From sequence record NC_070983.1: 64,000 nt of DNA; one strand, written 5' to 3'. Source of the DNA: Escherichia phage IME267. Of the stretch, positions 60,158-64,000 are shown piece after piece. Numbering within the stretch: the first letter of the stretch is position 1; each line of letters opens with the position of its first letter. A program made the translations under genes and the position numbers. A model generated the notes under the pieces. That model was given only the letters and a program-made list of their open reading frames with translations. It ran no database searches and was not told the origin of the DNA.

Positions 60158-61066
60158 CTTTCAACTGTAAGGGCACTATGCCCCGCTCTCTATGAGCTTT
60201 TTAAGTCACTATTGACTTATCAATAATCACTCAATATCAAGTAATTATTGATAAGCGAGGCGGTCTTATCAGGAGTTAACCTTGCCGCCTCCTTATCCGT
60301 GATGTTTCATCTGGTATCTTTAATTAGTCGCTATAAATAAAGCCGACCTGATAGCGATGATCAATCATCACAATAAGGCAGTGCGTCCGACTCTATTTAA
60401 TTACTTTATCGTAACCGTCGGCAATATCGTCTACTTTGCTTTCGCTCCCGCCTATCCTTTTGTACTAACTCTCAATCGCTAACCATCGCCCACTACGGGA
60501 GGTTATTGCGAAAGAGTCATTAGCCGTCTAATACATTGACGTTTTATATCTTTCAGCAGGTTTACTACATAAACTGATTATGTACGCCATCAATAGTGGC
60601 CTCAAATCATTCACATCGTAAACGTTCACACTAAACCTTATTGTTAAATAGCAATTTGCCACTTTTTAACCATTCACCGCCGCCCCCAATTGAGCGTTAA
60701 TTCTTCGGGCTTGCCTACCCTGATTAACTTCTTTCACTGTAGCGCCTTGTTAGCGATGACCGCCGCTACCCTTAACCGTGGGCGATTAGCTTAAGTCTTT
60801 GCGTACACTCAATGAATCCGTTTATCAGTGGTGACGTTTCCAGCAAGGGATTATAAGATTGTTTTCTCTGATAGTTTAGAGAATCTTACACCGTTTTATC
60901 TGGTATGTTATCCGATGGTTATTATCATCTAACATATTCAACCGATATAGGAGAATGTTTAAATTATTAAAGAGCGGTAAATCTATCAGTGTACTTTCTC
61001 ACACTATGCAACTGTTAGCCGTTGTTACGCTTTTCACTGAAGCGGTGATTTGCTTAGTGAGTGCTC

Positions 61067-61095
61067 ATTATGAATCATGTTGTTTTCGCTGTCAA
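61067..61095 (-). promoter_or_regulatory. Near-consensus sigma70-type promoter on - strand (TTGACA-17-CATAAT)
   Basis: -35 TTGACA (rc of 61090-61095), 17-nt spacer, -10 CATAAT (rc of 61067-61072). Confidence 0.5.
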
Positions 61096-61379
61096 CCACT
61101 TTTTAATCTTTTTTCGTCGTTCCCGCTATTGGGAGGATATATCAATCAGCTTTATTTGATTGAAGACTAAGCGGTGATGCTTATCTTATGATTCATATTG
61201 TTAAAGAGCGGTTACTACATTTACAGCTTAACACATCGTGTTAGCTTGTCAAACTCTTTTTATCATCTTCTTTTAATTCCTTTCCCTTATCTCGCGTGAA
61301 TCTATGCGAAAGGGCAAGATGATAAGTTTTTAAAGAGCGGGATATTTCACGTCATCGCTGACTATGCTCACTATATATC

Positions 61380-61408
61380 AGGCTGTTTTCGGTGTCAATA
61401 CTCTTTTT
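61380..61408 (-). promoter_or_regulatory. Near-consensus sigma70-type promoter on - strand (TTGACA-17-TATAGT)
   Basis: -35 TTGACA (rc of 61403-61408), 17-nt spacer, -10 TATAGT (rc of 61380-61385); homologous to the 61067-61095 promoter. Confidence 0.5.
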
Positions 61409-61509
61409 AAGAATATTTTCACTTTCTAGCCTGATTTTTAAAGAGCGGGGCAAGTGGTAAACCTGCCTTGTATGTTTTACATCGTACCCGATGAATTGAA
61501 GTATACATT

Positions 61510-61537
61510 AACCAATGACGGTTGCAATAGGGTAAAG
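61510..61537 (-). promoter_or_regulatory. Promoter-like element on - strand (TTGCAA-16-TATACT) overlapping a TAATGTATA motif
   Basis: Read directly; could be sigma70-type or phage-sigma-type. Confidence 0.35.
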
Positions 61538-61689
61538 CAAAATATTTTAAACTTTTTCACTATAGGAAGGTAAAAGAGCGGGAGCGCGTGATACATCATA
61601 GGAAACGGCATGTAAAGTGATATTTAGCGGCCTAAAACGCACTATAGCGAGCTAAAAGGGAGTAAGGCATACAATCACCTCATAAAAGA

Positions 61690-61722
61690 GAAAAGCCTCA
61701 CTAGGAGGCTTACAGGAAGGAT
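61690..61722 (-). terminator. Terminator-like hairpin on - strand after 61788..62153
   Basis: AAGCCTC-CTAGT-GAGGCTT followed by TTCTCTTTTAT. Confidence 0.45.
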
Positions 61723-61787
61723 TTAAAGCATCAGATAGATTATGACCATAGGCATGACCACGGCACAATACAGGAGAAAGATTAGTC

Positions 61788-62153
61788 CTATGGATTTACA
61801 CATTGACCGTTACCGGATGCCATTTCATTCATGGACTCATCAAAGAGCGTTAACGATGAGCGCATCAAGTGATCGACCGTGATTTGTTTACCAGTGGATT
61901 CATTTACCAGTTGAATAGTTTTATCATATGATTGCACATGATCGAAATCATTTACATGCAAAATAATAACTTTAGGTGACTTTTTACCGGTATCATAATT
62001 TTCTATCAAATAGGTGCACTGTAAACCTTCCACCGTAGCAGGGGAAAATGTTGCAGCCTTAACGCTACCCATAGCCGATAACAGGACACCTAACAGAAGA
62101 ACAACCAGAAAGAAGCCTACAACCGTTTTAACGATGAATTTAATAAACCACAT
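61788..62153 (-). CDS. Membrane-anchored / secreted hypothetical protein
   Basis: N-terminal hydrophobic helix (…VVGFFLVVLLLGVLLSAMG…). Confidence 0.4.
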   Translation of the reverse strand: MWFIKFIVKTVVGFFLVVLLLGVLLSAMGSVKAATFSPATVEGLQCTYLIENYDTGKKSPKVIILHVNDFDHVQSYDKTIQLVNESTGKQITVDHLMRSSLTLFDESMNEMASGNGQCVNP

Positions 62154-62256
62154 AGCAATAAACCTCTTAATTAAAGAACGTAAGAATAAAGCATATCAGC
62201 GACGAATAACGCCACTGTAACAACGAACAAGCAACGCCAAAAATAATCATGAATCA

Positions 62257-62529
62257 CTAGTTGCTATCCTCGCCAAAAAATGCTACGCTAACCTGTTCCA
62301 CTTCTTCCAGCGACAGAAGAATCCCACGTTGGGCTAAATACTTCCCAATAGTTAGATAATCTTGCACTAAGCAGACAATAGGAAAGCGTATATTTTGTAT
62401 CTCACCTTTGGAAAGAAAAGACAAATAACCAACGTCGGTTGATTCATCAAAGGATAGTGTAACGCCACCGTAATTATGCGTATCAATTAACGCGATAGTT
62501 TCATTTCCCATAACGTTTCCAATCCTCAT
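62257..62529 (-). CDS. Small hypothetical protein
   Basis: Overlapping-stop operon with neighbours. Confidence 0.35.
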   Translation of the reverse strand: MRIGNVMGNETIALIDTHNYGGVTLSFDESTDVGYLSFLSKGEIQNIRFPIVCLVQDYLTIGKYLAQRGILLSLEEVEQVSVAFFGEDSN

Positions 62530-62731
62530 AATGATTAACTAGTGCCTGATAATCATCAGATGATAACTCACCGCCTAAATAGGCAACGGTTATGCGTGCT
62601 TTGTATTCTGACAAGCTGCATAGCGCGGGAGCGGATAACCTGCTTTCGCCATAACATCCTAGCACTTCAACGATACAACCGTTTAAAGATACTGATTTAT
62701 TAATCACAATACGGTTAGCCATTAATATCAC
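62501..62731 (-). CDS. Small hypothetical protein
   Basis: Coupled ORF. Confidence 0.35.
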   Translation of the reverse strand: MILMANRIVINKSVSLNGCIVEVLGCYGESRLSAPALCSLSEYKARITVAYLGGELSSDDYQALVNHYEDWKRYGK

Positions 62732-62978
62732 CCTTAATTAGTCCATGATTGAGCAGGTTAACCAGTGACAAGTCACCGTCAATGTAGATTGATTTGAAAT
62801 CTTCACGGGTAATTTCGAAATCAGCAAAGGCTAGCCAGTCTTTAAGAGGCTGATATTCCATCCTGCAAAAAGTGATAACAGGCAAGATTATCTGACCATC
62901 AAGTGTATTAAACATGATAGAGCTTCCACCAACAAAACAAGAAAAACCGTTAGATAATTTAACTTCTTTAATAGCCAT
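62715..62978 (-). CDS. Small hypothetical protein
   Basis: Coupled ORF. Confidence 0.35.
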   Translation of the reverse strand: MAIKEVKLSNGFSCFVGGSSIMFNTLDGQIILPVITFCRMEYQPLKDWLAFADFEITREDFKSIYIDGDLSLVNLLNHGLIKGDING

Positions 62979-63004
62979 TTTTTACACTCCCAAAAATAGA
63001 TTAT

Positions 63005-63496
63005 TTACTTACTAGCCTTAATACAGTTGGCTAAATTAACGTGAACAGTATAAACAGCATTATCAGCATTATTGTAAACAGTGGTGGCAAGTATTGATTC
63101 ATTCATCTGACCATAACTCACCAGATTCGTGACAGCTTTCGCATGGCTGTAACGTTGTACAGTACCAAAAGTAACTAGTTCGGGATCGTTATCACTACGC
63201 TTTAAGACTAAATCTTCGTTGCCCTGATTATCCAGTGTTTTAGTACTAACAACCAGACCACTGCGGGAAACGTTACTAAATTTAACCTTTAAAACTACTT
63301 GATTAGTATCACTATCCGCACCGTTGCAAATCATCCAACCTTTATTGATGGAACTAACAAAGACGTCAGCGGCATTAGTTGCAGGAGCAGGACTAGCGAT
63401 AGCCTTATCAGAAAGAGATGTGACCAGTGCACTAACACCGATCGCTGCAACCAGTGCATAACTTGCCAGATTAACTACCTGCATTGCTTTAGCCAT
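63005..63496 (-). CDS. Secreted hypothetical protein; first gene of the - strand early block in this window
   Basis: Signal peptide with AXA-like site (…SDKAIA|SP…); preceded by a sigma70-like promoter and AAGGAA RBS. Confidence 0.45.
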   Translation of the reverse strand: MAKAMQVVNLASYALVAAIGVSALVTSLSDKAIASPAPATNAADVFVSSINKGWMICNGADSDTNQVVLKVKFSNVSRSGLVVSTKTLDNQGNEDLVLKRSDNDPELVTFGTVQRYSHAKAVTNLVSYGQMNESILATTVYNNADNAVYTVHVNLANCIKASK

Positions 63497-63534
63497 TTCG
63501 TTATTCCTTAGATAGATTCAATCAACTGTCATCA

Positions 63535-63562
63535 ACTATATATTAAAGGAAAAACCTGTCAA
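63535..63562 (-). promoter_or_regulatory. Near-consensus sigma70-type promoter on - strand (TTGACA-16-TATAGT) upstream of 63005..63496
   Basis: -35 rc of 63557-63562, -10 rc of 63535-63540; about 35 nt upstream of the start codon. Confidence 0.5.
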
Positions 63563-64000
63563 CCATTTATTTTCTAACTTTTTCATAACTCACTGAATAC
63601 TAAAGGAATTTAATTTACTAAATTTTCTATACTCAGGGTATCAGCTTACTAGCTATTGTTACTTTATAACACCAATTCTACGGGCAGCAGACCAACAGAC
63701 CAGGACACGGGGAGCATACAACCGCAGGGTAGACCACGGGGAAACATAGCAAGATAGTGCGGTAATAATATACCACTTAAATAATCATCAACTCATAAAA
63801 GAAAAAGACCAACAGAACGCTGAAAAAAGAAAAGAATAAAAGAAATACAATCATCCACTTAATTAATACATACATCATTATTGCACTCATAACAATCACT
63901 ATTGAAACTATTTACATTCAAACTATGGGGGAAGAGGGTAGTAACTAGGGGGTATTATTAGCACTTCTATTGTCACTATGACTACGCCTTATACAGTGCT

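Larger units (their letters stand above)
60968..61591. repeat. Five dispersed copies of the motif TAAAGAGCGG inside a ~1.5-kb ORF-free region
   Basis: Copies at 60968, 61202, 61341, 61449 and 61583 (the last as AAAGAGCGG); spacings 234, 139, 108, 134 nt. Confidence 0.6.

Noticed and set aside
60955-61170. + strand ORF (71 aa) in the early promoter region
   Set aside because: It is built from the repeated promoter and motif units (the shared CFRCQ stretch is a consequence of the DNA repeat), has no RBS, and lies antisense to the predicted promoters; more likely non-coding.
60968-61591. Possible CRISPR array, given the regularly recurring short motif
   Set aside because: The repeat is only about 10 nt, spacing is irregular (108-234 nt), there are no 25-40-nt identical repeats with unique spacers, and no cas genes; inconsistent with CRISPR.
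1-64000. Integrase, repressor or attachment-site signatures (temperate lifestyle) and a single-subunit or virion RNA polymerase
   Set aside because: None recognised; no tyrosine or serine recombinase motifs and no large RNAP-like ORF. The element looks like a lytic phage using host RNAP plus its own sigma factor. Terminase, portal and major capsid genes were also not found and presumably lie upstream of position 1.

Overview
This window reads as most of a lytic, tailed dsDNA phage genome with two convergent transcription blocks; all calls are by-eye motif recognition on the supplied ORF track, with no database searches run. Bases 1-18283 (+ strand) carry late/structural genes: a tail fibre with a C-terminal S74-type chaperone, a GH24 lysozyme, Big_2-domain and fibre-like tail proteins, an SLT transglycosylase and large internal virion proteins. 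Bases 18401-63496 (- strand) carry early/middle genes: primase-helicase, a DEDDy exonuclease encoded apart from a family-A polymerase domain, SSB, FEN-type exonuclease, ThyX, dCTP deaminase, thioredoxin, PhoH, a Dps-like ferritin, a phage sigma factor, an overlapped spanin pair, HNH endonucleases and one tRNA-Arg(UCU). The two blocks meet at a bidirectional terminator near 18.3 kb, and UUCG-type terminator hairpins recur throughout. The sigma factor, the single tRNA-Arg and the TAATGTATA elements suggest a phiEco32-like (Kuravirus-type) podovirus, but that placement is inference. The strongest candidate for an undescribed system is the ~10 kb block at 39747-49816: a RimK-like ATP-grasp ligase, a class-II glutamine amidotransferase with a Cys-rich tail, two GS/GCS2-like amidoligases, a gamma-glutamyl cyclotransferase and several unknown proteins. 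Other points of interest are a 1.5 kb ORF-free early region with near-consensus sigma70 promoters and a repeated 10-nt motif, a conserved ~110-nt element after two paralogous genes, expanded small-protein families, a Pol-beta-type nucleotidyltransferase, and ProQ/FinO-like and SleB-like proteins.
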